A stretch of 63,025 nt of DNA, counting the filler, from Nemertoderma westbladi (taxonomy: Eukaryota > Animalia > Xenacoelomorpha), in assembly GCA_032718475.1 (NCBI GenBank). It is 3 parts of 3 records of this genome, joined end to end, with 100 filler letters (N's around TTAATTAATTAA, not from the genome) between each part and the next. Parts side by side here need not be neighbours in the genome. Positions count along the whole stretch, not along the records: positions 1 to 23,641 come from JAUCBJ010006892.1; 2 more parts are not named here. The stretch is one strand, 5' to 3'. Shown here one piece after another: positions 11,375-23,741 of the stretch. The translations under genes were made by a program, and so were the position numbers. Position 1 is the stretch's first letter. Each line of letters begins with the position of its first letter. The notes under the pieces are model-generated. The model did not search any database. It was not told the origin of the DNA and saw nothing but the letters and a program-made list of their open reading frames with translations.

Positions 11375-12464
11375 GGTAAGTGAAGGGCAGCCGCTTCATA
11401 AATGGATTTCTCAATATCTGATGCAAAGAATGTAACATCTGCAATTGTCCATTGTGATAATTGACTAGGTTGCACATTATAAGTTACTTTCAGTCGTCTG
11501 ACAACTTCTTCCTGATATTGAGTTAGCATGGTCGAATTTACCTTTTCCCATGCAATACGTGGTTTGACTTTAACTGTCCCAGGTTGAGAGGTATGCTTAA
11601 CTATATGGTTTGTTTTACAATGAGAATCTAATAGGCATGACGATGTAGTATGTACACGTACATTATCAAGGTGGAAATGAGCAACCACTGGTACATGATC
11701 TGAATATAGTTGGAAGTCGTGCTCAAATACTTTCCCTTTTTTACACAATTGAGCATATGTTGATTGGTGATAATGTGATCTATGTATGAGAAACCATTAC
11801 CACGAAATGTAATACAAGGCCCGGAAAATGGAGAGTAGGTATCAATTGCGACCAGCTCAGATTCTTTGAGGTAATTATGAAGTAGGCGGCCTCTTTTGCT
11901 TATTTTGAGTTTGCATTTCCTAGGACCTTGTAGGTTACCTAAGTCTGTGTTTGTGTCAGCTAGGATTACGGGTGATGAATCGCTATGTACCTGGATAATA
12001 GTACTGATCCGCCCAATGTGGTCATTGTAGAGCGTGGAGTCTTTGGATGTGTCCGGGAAGTAGCAGCATGTCACTACAAATGGCTGTTGGTAGTTACAAT
12101 AATTAGCACGGATTCAAACTATATCATCCTTAGAGTCAAACCGAGTTATATTGTTGAAGGCTGAAGTCCTATAGAACAATGCTACTCCGCAACGTATTAC
12201 AGTAGTAGATGAGTTATTTCTAGTAGTGAAGACACAATCAAAGTCGTCATGTAGGCCCAACAGTAATTCCTTAGCTTCAAGCTTGTCTAACCAATGTTCC
12301 TGTAGCGCGAGGACGTCCAACTGGCTGAGAAGATCTTTAACAGCATTGCTGCTTGAAGTGAAATCATGACAGTTAAAAGTTCCCAAACGTATATCCCATA
12401 TCGATTCATCACAAGCTTGTAAAGTTATTGTGTTAGGGGCTACATTATCGTTGATGTTAAACAT
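11375..12464 (-). pseudogene. LINE ORF2 apurinic endonuclease domain (frameshifted)
   Basis: Motifs GTFNCH, LALQEHWL, ILADTNTDLG, YIDHII, YSDHVPV across three frames. Confidence 0.9.
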
Positions 12465-12737
12465 ACTGCCTCATATTTGGATGGAATGTCTCGAATTGGT
12501 GACTCGGATAAATCTGCTTCGTTATATCATCAATTTTGTTATCTCCAGACCTTCCCGTGGTGTAGTTAATCAATTCGTGACATTCTGTACCAGTTGGCCA
12601 GAAGGAATGACGAAGTAGTGTAGTGCGGTTTCCGCGGTCAATGGTTACTCTCATACATATATTGTTGTTGTCAGACATAACATGAGATATTCTGTGAACA
12701 GGGATACGCCTGTCTTGAAGATAATCCTTGATGCAGT
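12457..12737 (-). pseudogene. LINE ORF1 C-terminal remnant
   Basis: CMRVTID...SFWPTGTECH resembles the FWPxG motif at LINE ORF1 ends; lies directly upstream of the APE domain. Confidence 0.6.
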
Positions 12738-15700
12738 CATATCTGCTACACAAAGGAAGGAGTGGGCGCTAAACACCTATCTGCTAAACAAAGGAAGGAG
12801 TGGGCGCTAAATACCTATCTGCTACCCAAAGGAAGGAGTGGGCGCTAAACACCTATCTGCTACCCAAAGGAAGGAGTGGGCGCTAAATACCTATCTGCTA
12901 CCCAAAGGATGGAGTGGGCGCTAAACACCTATATGTTACCCAAAGGAAGGAGTGGGCGCTAAACACCTATGTGCTACCCAAAGGAAGGAGTGGGCGCTAA
13001 ACACCTATCTGCTGCCCAAAGGAAGGAATGGGCGCTAAATGCCCATCTGCTACCCAAAGGAAGGAGTGGGCGCTAAACACCTATCTGCTACCCAAAGGAA
13101 GGAGTGGGCGCTAAACACCTATCTGCTACCCAAAGGAAGGAGTGGGCGCTAAACACCTATCTTCTACCCAAAGGAAGGAATGGGCGCTAAATACCTATCT
13201 GCTACCCAAAGGAAGGAGTTAGCGCTAAACACCTTTCTGCTACCCAAAGGAAGGAGTGGGCGCTAAACACCTATCTGCTACCCAAAGGAAGGAGTGGGCG
13301 CTAAATACCTATCTGCTACCCAAAGAATGGAGTGGGCGCTAAACACCTATCAGTTACCCAAAGGAAGGAGTGGGCCTAAACACCTATCTGCTACCCAAAG
13401 GAAGGAGTGGGCGCTAAATACCTATCTGCTACCCAAAGGAAGGAGTGGGCGCTAAACACCTATCTGCTACCCAAAGGAAGTAGTGGGCGCTAAATACCTA
13501 TCTGCTACCCAAAGGAAGGAGTGGGCGCTAAACACCTATCTGCTACCCAAAGGAAGGAGTGGGCGCTAAACACCTATCTGCTACCCAAAGGAAGGAGTGG
13601 GCGCTAAATACCTATCTGCTACCCAAAGGAAGGAGTGGGCGCTAAACACCTATCTGCTACCCAAAGGAAGGGGTGGGCGCTAAATACCTATCTGCTACCC
13701 AAAGGAAGGAGTGGGAGTTAAACACCTATCTGCTACCCAAAGGAAGGAGTGGGTGCTAATCACCTATCTGCTACCCAAAGGAAGGAGTGGGCGCTAAATA
13801 CCTATCTGCTACCCAAACGAAGGAGTGGGCGCTAAACACCTATCTTCTACCCAAAGGAAGGAATGGGCGCTAAATACCTATCTGCTACCCAAAGGATGGA
13901 GTGGGCGCTAAACACCTATCTGCTACCCAAAGGAAGGAGTGGGCGCTAAACACCTATCTGCTACCCAAAGGAATGAGTGGGCGCTAAACACCTATCTGCT
14001 ACCCAAAGGAAGGAGTGGGCGCTAAACACCTATCTTCTACCCAAAGGAAGGAATGGGCGCTAAATACCTATCTGCTACCCAAAGGATGGAGTGGGCGCTA
14101 AACACCTATCTGTTACCCAAAGGAAGGAGTGGGCGCTAAACACCTATGTGCTACCCAAAGGAAGGAGTGGGCGCTAAACACCTATCTGCTGCCCAAAGGA
14201 AGGAGTGGGCGCTAAATGCCCATCTGCTACCCAAAGGAAGGAGTGGGCGCTAAACACCTATCTGCTACCCAAAGGAAGGAGTGGGCGCTAAACACCTATC
14301 TGCTACCCAAAGGAATGAGTGGGCGCTAAACACCTATCTGCTACCCAAAGGAAGGAGTGGGCGCTAAACACCTATCTTCTACCCAAAGGAAGGAATGGAC
14401 GCTAAATACCTATCTGCTACCCAAAGGAAGGAGTTGGCGCTAAACACCTTTCTGCTACCCAAAGGAAGGAGTGGGCGCTAAACACCTATCTGCTACCCAA
14501 AGGAAGGAGTGGGCGCAAAACACCTATCTGCTACCCAAAGGAAGGAGTGGGCGCTAAATACCTATCTGCTACCCAAAGAATGGAGTGGGCGCTAAACACC
14601 TATCAGTTACCCAAAGGAAGGAGTGGGCCTAAACACCTATCTGCTACCCAAAGGAAGGAGTGGGCGCTAAATACCTATCTGCTACCCAAAGGAAGGAGTG
14701 GGCGCTAAACACCTATCAGTTACCCAAAGGAAGGAGTGGGCCTAAACACCTATCTACTACCCAAAGGAAGGAGTGGGCGCTAAATACCTATCTGCTACCC
14801 AAAGGAAGGAGTGGGTGCTAATCACCTATCTGCTACCCAAAGGAAGGAGTGGGCGCTAAATACCTATCTGCTACCCAAACGAAGGAGTGGGCGCTAAACA
14901 CCTATCTGCTACCCAAAGGAAGGAGTGGGCGCTAAACACCTATCAGTTACCCAAAGGAAGGAGTGGGCCTAAACACCTATCTGCTACCCAAAGGAAGGAG
15001 TGGGCGCTAAACACCTATCTGCTACCCAAAGGAATGAGTGGGCGCTAAACACCTATCTGCTACCCAAAGGAAGGAGTGGGCGCTAAACACCTATCTTCTA
15101 CCCAAAGGAAGGAATGGGCGCTAAATACCTATCTGCTACCCAAAGGATGGAGTGGGCGCTAAACACCTATGTGCTACCCAAAGGAAGGAGTGGGCGCTAA
15201 ACACCTATCTGCTGCCCAAAGGAAGGAGTGGGCGCTAAATGCCCATCTGCTACCCAAAGGAAGGAGTGGGCGCTAAACACCTATCTGCTACCCAAAGGAA
15301 GGAGTGGGCGCTAAACACCTTTCTGCTACCCAAAGGAATGAGTGGGCGCTAAACACCTATCTGCTACCCAAAGGAAGGAGTGGGCGCTAAACACCTATCT
15401 TCTACCCAAAGGAAGGAATGGACGCTAAATACCTATCTGCTACCCAAAGGAAGGAGTTGGCGCTAAACACCTTTCTGCTACCCAAAGGAAGGAGTGGGCG
15501 CTAAACACCTATCTGCTACCCAAAGGAAGGAGTGGGCGCAAAACACCTATCTGCTACCCAAAGGAAGGAGTGGGCGCTAAATACCTATCTGCTACCCAAA
15601 GAATGGAGTGGGCGCTAAACACCTATCAGTTACCCAAAGGAAGGAGTGGGCCTAAACACCTATCTACTACCCAAAGGAAGGAGTGGGCGCTAAATACCTA

Positions 15701-17660
15701 TCTGCTACCCAAAGGAAGGAGTGGGCGCTAAACACCTATCTGCTACCCAAAGGAAGGAGTGGGCGCTAAACACCTATCTGCTACCCAAAGGAAGGAGTGG
15801 GCGCTAAACACCTATCTGCTACCCAACAGAAGGAGTGGGCGCTAAACACCTAGTGCTACCCAAAGGAAGGAGTGGGCGCTAAATACCTATCTGCTACCCA
15901 AAGGAAGGAGTGGGCGCTAAACACCTATCTGCTACCCAAAGGAAGGGGTGGGCGCTAAATACCTATCTGCTACCCAAAGGAAGGAGTGGGCGTTAAACAC
16001 CTATCTGCTACCCAAAGGAAGGAGTGGGCGCTAATCACCTATCTGCTACCCAAAGGAAGGAGTGGGCGCTAAATACCTATCTACTACCCAAACGAAGGAG
16101 TGGGCGCTAAACACCTATCTGCTACCCAAAGGAAGGAGTCGAGTGGGCGCTAAACACCTATCTGCTACCCAAAAGGAAGGAGTGGGCGCTAAATACCTAT
16201 CTGCTACCTAAAGGAAGGAGTGGGCGCTAAACACCTATCTGCTACCCAAAGGAAGGAGTCGAGTGGGCGCTAAACACCTATCTGCTACCCAAAGGAAGGA
16301 GTGGGCGCTAAACACCTATCTTCTACCCAAAGGAAGGAATGGGCGCTAAATACCTATCTGCTACCCAAAGGATGGAGTGGGCGCTAAACACCTATGTGCT
16401 ACCCAAAGGAAGGAGTGGGCGCTAAACACCTATCTGCTGCCCAAAGGAAGGAGTGGGCGCTAAATGCCCATCTGCTACCCAAAGGAAGGAGTGGGCGCTA
16501 AACACCTATCTGCTACCCAAAGGAAGGAGTAGGCGCTAAACACCTTTCTGCTACCCAAAGGAATGAGTGGGCGCTAAACACCTATCTGCTACCCAAAGGA
16601 AGGAGTGGGCGCTAAACACCTATCTTCTACCCAAAGGAAGGAATGGACGCTAAATACCTATCTGCTACCCAAAGGAAGGAGTTGGCGCTAAACACCTTTC
16701 TGCTACCCAAAGGAAGGAGTGGGCGCTAAACACCTATCTGCTACCCAAAGGAAGGAGTGGGCGCAAAACACCTATCTGCTACCCAAAGGAAGGAGTGGGC
16801 GCTAAATACCTATCTGCTACCCAAAGAATGGAGTGGGCGCTAAACACCTATCAGTTACCCAAAGGAAGGAGTGGGCCTAAACACCTATCTACTACCCAAA
16901 GGAAGGAGTGGGCGCTAAATACCTATCTGCTACCCAAAGGAAGGAGTGGGCGCTAAACACCTATCTGCTACCCAAAGGAAGGAGTGGGCGCTAAACACCT
17001 ATCTGCTACCCAAAGGAAGGAGTGGGCGCTAAACACCTATCTGCTACCCAACAGAAGGAGTGGGCGCTAAACACCTAGTGCTACCCAAAGGAAGGAGTGG
17101 GCGCTAAATACCTATCTGCTACCCAAAGGAAGGAGTGGGCGCTAAACACCTATCTGCTACCCAAAGGAAGGGGTGGGCGCTAAATACCTATCTGCTACCC
17201 AAAGGAAGGAGTGGGCGTTAAACACCTATCTGCTACCCAAAGGAAGGAGTGGGCGCTAATCACCTATCTGCTACCCAAAGGAAGGAGTGGGCGCTAAATA
17301 CCTATCTACTACCCAAACGAAGGAGTGGGCGCTAAACACCTATCTGCTACCCAAAGGAAGGAGTCGAGTGGGCGCTAAACACCTATCTGCTACCCAAAAG
17401 GAAGGAGTGGGCGCTAAATACCTATCTGCTACCTAAAGGAAGGAGTGGGCGCTAAACACCTATCTGCTACCCAAAGGAAGGAGTCGAGTGGGCGCTAAAC
17501 ACCTATCTGCTACCCAAAAGGAAGGAGTGGGCGCTAAATACCTATCTGCTACCCAAAGGAAGGAGTGGGCGCTAAACACCTATCTGCTACCCAAAGTAAG
17601 GAGTGGGCGCTAAATACCTATCTGCTACCCAAAGGAAAGAGTGGGCGCTAAACACCTATC
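12738..17660. repeat. 38-bp satellite, right part (~130 units) with a 1225-bp higher-order duplication
   Basis: Same unit as 2849-3815; diagnostic variants recur 1225 bp apart. Confidence 0.97.
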
Positions 17661-17768
17661 CCTTGTTTTGCTCCCAGTAGATTAACTGGAAGGCTGAGTG
17701 GACCCTGGCGGGGCTGAACCTACTACCAATAGATTGTGGGCGTGGCGCTCAACCTGAGCTACCCCTCC
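17661..17768 (-). mobile_element. tRNA-derived SINE head and partial central domain attached to the 38-bp satellite
   Basis: Minus strand: GGAGGGGTAGCTCAGGTTG (A-box-like), GGTTCAGCCC (B-box-like), CCACTCAGCCTTCCA, then GGGAGCAAAACAAGGGATAGG running into the array. Confidence 0.75.
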
Positions 17769-18122
17769 ATCCAATATTGATGGAGGACAGAGTATCAGAG
17801 ATGAACCAATCGTGGATTAAATTGAATGTGCAGTAGCCGACACTAATAATTCGGCGTAATAAAGCATATTGAACCGTAAATGTAGAGAAAGAGAATGAGT
17901 AATACAATACAGTAGATAGATAGGCATAATTGTACTAATCGATGCAAACATTATAAGTAGAACGCTCCATTCAACTGTTACATAGTTAATTGATCAATTA
18001 ATTCATTATAATTGTGTACTTAATTAAGTAGCATGGTAGAGGGGTTATGTTTTATATTATGTTATCCAAAAGTCCATTGGCCCTTAACTTTTACCGAATA
18101 TGTTTGATTCACACCTAATTAC

Positions 18123-18159
18123 TATAAATTGGCTAAAATGTAAGAAATACACATCAGTT
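18123..18159 (+). promoter_or_regulatory. TATA box plus initiator of the serine protease gene
   Basis: TATAAAT at 18123 and TCAGTT Inr at 18154, ~30 nt apart; ATG at 18200. Confidence 0.65.
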
Positions 18160-18199
18160 AAAAACATTCTCAACAACAATTCCCACAAACAACGTAACA

Positions 18200-20775
18200 A
18201 TGTTGTCTTTTATTGTAGTAACTCTTTTCCTTGGTAAGTTTTATAATTATACTCTTTGAGATTAATTTAACGTTATAACCGGGGAGTTTGCACTTGCATC
18301 AACACTGGAGACAGGGGGAAAACTCGACGCAAAACCCGCCTTGGCGAATTAATATCCCGCTTCAATGTTAAATTCTCAATTTAGGGAAAGGAACAGGTTA
18401 CAGTGGCACGTTATTTTAACCAAAACAATAAACTAAACACAATAGAACAGGTTACAGTTTTATTTAGTAATTAATCAGTAATTAAATTAATTTTTCCCTC
18501 GAGAGGGATGAATTTTTATTGCGTCCAGTTCCCCCCCCCCCCCTATCTGCAACATTGAACCCTGTAGGGGCCTACTTTATTTGATCAACATGCTAATCAC
18601 ATATTTTTTTGTGATTCTGCTCCGTGACATACCAGTCAATAAGACTGATTTAATGTTTGTCACAATTTATTATACAGTATGCGGGGTTGCGGCCTTTCAG
18701 TCTGTAATGAAAAATTCATTCGTTAATTACTTTTGAAGATTTTAACCATTTTAAAACAAATGTTCTATGGGCATACTAGAGAAAAATTTCCAATATTTTT
18801 TAAAGTTACGGGTAAATACCTCTTGAACTTTTGACTTCATATCAAATCGAACTTGTTTCGAACTTACTCAAGTTCGCGTGCTGCGCGAAGCCCTACGAAC
18901 GTGTTTGGTTTTGTACATGAAGTCAGTCAATTTAGTGTGTAGAGCTACTGTATGTAGGCACGGTTGCCTTGCCCTGACCCTGTTCTATGTATAATGCGTG
19001 TCGCATTCAATTACAGGTGGGGCTCTTGGCTGTGGTGTACCAGCCATTAAACCTAATGTTAATTTAAGGATTGTTGGTGGAAGTGAAGCTGTTCCAGGTT
19101 CTTATCCTTGGCAAATCACTTTACAGACCAGCGGTCATTTCTGTGGTGGTACCTTGGTACACCCAAGTGTTGTTGTTACTGCTGCTCACTGCATCTTCAC
19201 GTGAGTATTAAAATTAAATAAGTAATAAATTTGTAATGGTTTACTGAATGCATTGAGAGTTCACAATCGCAGTTTTTATTTTAATAAACTATTTTTCATA
19301 ACTTACTTTATATAATGATATGCGAAACATCTATGACTTCTTTCGAAAATAAATAATCTAATTTATTCGATGTAATTAAGTTTTTAATAATTTCCATTTT
19401 CAGCACTTCTGGACTCAAAGTGAAAGTTGGGGAGCATCACATTTACAACAATGATGGAACTGAGGAAACCATCAATGTCAAACAGGTAAATAATGGATGT
19501 GGGATGTGTTTACAGTAACTGAGTAGGTGGGCCTGCGATGGGTTGGGGCGCGGTATCGGTTGCCTGGCTTTGGAAGTACCATCATTAGAGGTACATGATA
19601 ACAACTTATAACACATTTATATTTATTCCCTTGAAGGCTCACGTACACCCAGACTATCATTCACCAAAAACCTATTCCAATGACATTGCTGTTCTTGAAT
19701 TAGAAAGACCCGCAACACTTGGAACATACGTGAATGTCGCTTGTCTACCAAAACAATCTGATTATGATCATAGGAACTGTGTTACCACTGGATGGGGCAA
19801 CACCGAAGGTAACATTCAAGTCTCCAATTATTAGGGGGTTAATCATTAGATGATTTTAATGAATCATATTTTACTTATTTATTTAGTGTGTCAACCGACC
19901 TAATCCTAAGATTAACAATAACCAGTCCAAATATTATTTTCTTAGGAACCGGAGATCGTAATGTCCTGAGACAGGTTGTGGTCCCTATTATCCCACAAGC
20001 AACATGTTCCAGAACTGATTACTATGGTAGCAGAATCCATGAAAGCATGATCTGTGCTGGGTACGAGGAGGGTGGTAAAGATTCATGCCAGGTTAGAGAT
20101 ACAAAAATCCGATATAATTACGTCAATTAGGTATCATATAAATCGTTAAATATATTTCGACAGTAAAAATGATTAGTGGCTGAATTGAAAGAATTGTGCC
20201 CACAGGTTTTGACCAGGATTCGAACCTCTGCCACTCTTAACAAATGTGATATTTAATTAACATAATGTAAAACGACTAGAGTACATTCACGTCTCTACAA
20301 TCTCTCAACCAAAAAATTCGTCTTGTCCGCCACTTTATTCCACGTTTTCGAAAATTATGCCTATGTACTGTAGTAAATGGTTAAAAATGAATTTGACTGA
20401 TTTTTTTTAGCAATAATTGTTGTTTTTTAGCAAAAATTTATAAATTAAGGTATTTTTTGATCGCAATCACATTATTTACATGTATCAATATTATCATTTT
20501 ACACTATAATTTATCAATGTCCATGTAGGCATATCTAATTAATTTTCTATTACCATATGCTAAATCTTATTATTACATATGAATCTAAAACGCTAAATGT
20601 AATATATGTTCCTATCCAGGGAGATTCTGGTGGCCCTCTTGTCTGCGAGGTGAACGGCGCCTGGGAACTCGTTGGAGTTACTAGTTGGGGATTCGGATGC
20701 GCTGATTACAAGAACCCCGGTGTCTACTCCAGGGTCTCCCACAACCTCGACTGGGTAAGAGGTTTCATTCCATAA
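18200..20775 (+). CDS. Secreted trypsin-like S1A serine protease, 257 aa; exons 18200-18233, 19017-19200, 19404-19485, 19637-19808, 19946-20091, 20620-20775
   Basis: Signal peptide [16 protein letters not shown]; propeptide CGVPAIKP; R|IVGG activation site; TAAHC, NDIA and GDSGGP triad; Asp189 in GKDSCQ; all introns GT-AG with compatible phases. Confidence 0.95.
18308..18549 (+). mobile_element. P-element-like MITE in protease intron 1
   Basis: TIR (C/G)AGA(T/C)AGGGGGAAACT(G/C)GACGCAA; flanks CAACACTG/CAACATTG (8-bp TSD, 1 mismatch); a second copy is inverted at 44274-44512. Confidence 0.7.
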
Positions 20776-21068
20776 ACGTTTACTACCGTGAGAGATCAAT
20801 TGCAAGATTGTCGATTATAGTAAACTCAGTGTGATTGGGTGACGGTATATGGGTGGATGGTTACAGCGATATACTTTGTATAACCTATTTCTGTTGGCGT
20901 ATCACGTAAATTATCTAAATACACATATAAACAAATGCATACGGCACATTTATTATTATTACTTATTAGATACACCCGGTATAATAATATTATATCGACC
21001 CTGTCGCCTGTCATATCATTAGGACCTAACCTAAATAAAAAAAACACGTATATCATAATGTTAAAGAA

Positions 21069-21749
21069 TTAGAATAACAAGACCATATTTTTTATGTGAC
21101 TACTAGGATCGGCTTGCTGCATTGCAGCTGCATTTTTAAGAATGCTGTGCCGGTTGTCGACAAAATTGTGCCGCCACAACTTCCTATCACCCATAACATT
21201 TGCTAGATCATCCGCATCTTCAAGGCCTGTGTCCTTTAAGATGCGTCTCAAGAAAGTCATGGGCTGTCCACCATGCTTATTCACTCCATGAGGCTGCCAA
21301 AGTACAAGATTATGCACTGGCTGGTCCTCACGGCGGAAGCAATGTCCTGCAAAGCGGGGGCAGCTTTGTTCTAATGTCAAGCTTGGGCGAATCAATGAGA
21401 CACCTATGTTATATAGTGTCTGGTTGGAGATGTGTGCATTGTACTTGACACAATGAACCCGGCGTAGCATTCTTGTGAAAGTGCTATCCAGAGATTTGGT
21501 GTCCTCAGCAGTTAGAGCCCAGCATGGACTCCCATAGAGGAGTACTGGAACTACTGCTGCTCTAAATAATCGGACCATAAGTTTCCGATTAATTCTCGGT
21601 GACTTCCAAATCCTGGAAAGCCTATTCAAGGCTGCCCATGCCTTCCCCTTACGTATTCGAAGGTCCTCACCTGACTCCCGGATCCATGATCCCAGGTAAC
21701 AGAAGTCGTCCACATGCTCAAGCATACCATCCTTTGAGCTTATGCTCAT
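21069..21749 (-). mobile_element. RTE-clade LINE 3' fragment
   Basis: EHVDDFCYLGSWI, RKGKAWAA, VLLYGSPCW, RFAGHCFRR are typical of the RTE post-RT region. Confidence 0.88.
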
Positions 21750-23229
21750 AGTTCATGGATATAACGTTAGGGTATGTCAGTATAGCGCCGTTACTATTGG
21801 AACAATTGGTCATAGGGTGGGCTTGAAAATCAAGCATTAACCTCTGCAGCTAATTCCACAGGAAGAGTAGCCCTACTGACCATTGTGTTGTTTTTTTGTT
21901 GTTTTTCGACAATGTAGCTTCAGAATTACCCAACCAAAGGAACGATTTAACAGTTGGAAATTTTTGCTGCTGTACTTTATTTTTTGTTATGGTGCGCCAT
22001 AATGGCACCAAAAATGATGTTTCGTTTGCATTTCCAGAATTTTTTAAACTAGTTTTCATCGTGATCAGCGACCCCGAAAACCGTATACCTTCAGAATTAT
22101 CAAACCAAACCCAATAAAATGTTGTAGTTTGACAATTTTTACTTATAGTTTTTCGTGCTGGGGGGCCAAAATAGCACCAGAAATGACGGTTGCTTTGCCA
22201 GAAACTATTTTAACAAGTTTTATAGTGAACATCAACCTCAAAAACCCTTATTCCATTTACTGTAAATTGAAATTTTGGAGCCAAGATCTAAACAATTTCT
22301 AGAATGATCCCCCAGTAGACCCCCCCACCCCCCAGTAGTAATATAACCCGGGCCGGATAGATTTAAACGTACCGGTAACTCAGGATTACGGTTGTAACTG
22401 AATATGAATCTCTTAATTCCGCATCAAAAACATAGTAGAGTAGAAAGTATATTCCAGGACATGGTGTAGTTAAGTAGTAACTATACTATATTACATAACA
22501 ATAATTGCAGGTAAATAATTCCCCGAAATAATATCAGTTCCTCATTATATTGAAGTCGTAATATTAATTTATCTCAGCATCTATTATGTATCAACAACCT
22601 TTGTCTATTAAATCTAAGAAGGGAACACTTTTAAGGTGGCCACGCATATCGTCTTTCTTGAGATCCTCCAAAAGGGCCGATATCTGGATATGTCTTCGGC
22701 AGTTCGGGAGATTCAGGTAGGAGTCCCGCTGGTTTAGGCAGGAGAATAACACTAGCTACATGGTTCTTAAAGAATAACCGGCCCCTCCAACACCAAGTCT
22801 AGCAGTAGCTTCATCTCTCTATACATGAGATAAAAAACTAATTTTACTCGCCTTCATGAATTTCGATAGCCGATGAACATTCTTTTTACTGGCGGGCGGT
22901 CTCCGAGGAATTTGAGACATTTAGTACACTGAAATCAGAACAGATTCCGGGTTTACTGAATATATCGCCCGTCGAAATGTACAAATGTTAGGGAAGGCCC
23001 TGGTGTCATCTGGTGTCATCGAAAAGGTCAACGCAGTGAAAGACCTCCCCACTTATCGGCTACCCGCTAAGTTTCTCGCTAATAAGATCGATTACCGCGA
23101 GCATGATGATACCAATAAGGAGATACTGAGACATCTACAATATTATGAGAATCCTGAGAAATATTTCCTGTTTTTCAGAAATTCACAGATGCGCTTAAAG
23201 GATTCTTTCTCTAGCATGATATTTGATGT

Positions 23230-23641
23230 TAAGAACCACCCTTTACCAATACTGGTGTGGATTTATTTGGCCCCATAGAAGTGTATCGTGCTAGGACCAT
23301 AGTCAAACGATGGTGCGTTATATTTGTTTGTATGACTTGTAGAGCGATTCATCTGGATATGGTGAATGATCTATCTATGTCGTCTATCTAATATCTCGAC
23401 AGTTTCAAACTCAGCTTGCAACAACAAATCGCTCGTTTCGGAACTAGCAACACTATGCCATCCGATAAAGATACAAACTTCATTGGAGCCAATAACAAGT
23501 ATAAAGCTTACGTCAACGACTGGAACCAAAGGCAGGTAGACGATCAGCTGAAAGTGACAGCATCCAGCTGGACATTCAATGCTACAGATGCTCCTTGGTG
23601 GGGAGGAAGTTGGGAGGGACTTATACGCAGTATTAAGACTG
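23230..23641 (+). mobile_element. BEL/Pao LTR retrotransposon integrase fragment (degenerate)
   Basis: PFTNTGVDLFGP, WCVIFVCMTCRAIHLD, SDKDTNFIGA, APWWGGSWEGLIRSIK; runs into the gap. Confidence 0.88.
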
Positions 23642-23741
23642 NNNNNNNNNNNNNNNNNNNNNNNNNNNNNNNNNNNNNNNNNNNNTTAATTAATTAANNN
23701 NNNNNNNNNNNNNNNNNNNNNNNNNNNNNNNNNNNNNNNNN
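23642..23741. other. Assembly gap with an artificial TTAATTAATTAA spacer
   Basis: N-run / TTAATTAATTAA / N-run, same structure as the gap at 45362-45461. Confidence 0.97.

Larger units (their letters stand above)
3816..12737 (-). mobile_element. 5'-truncated non-LTR retrotransposon (APE-RT LINE, possibly RTE-X/CR1-like), split by an IS3EU insertion
   Basis: ORF1 remnant, APE and RT in the expected order on the minus strand; (TAAA/TAA)n-like 3' tail at ~3816-3830; CATAT on both sides (3811-3815, 12738-12742) restores one satellite unit. Confidence 0.9.

Noticed and set aside
2849-17660. 38-bp array as a CRISPR array
   Set aside because: Head-to-tail monomers with no unique spacers, no cas genes and a eukaryotic context.
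23642-23741. TTAATTAATTAA palindrome inside N-runs (also at 45362-45461)
   Set aside because: Identical artificial scaffold spacer; adjacency across these gaps is not guaranteed.
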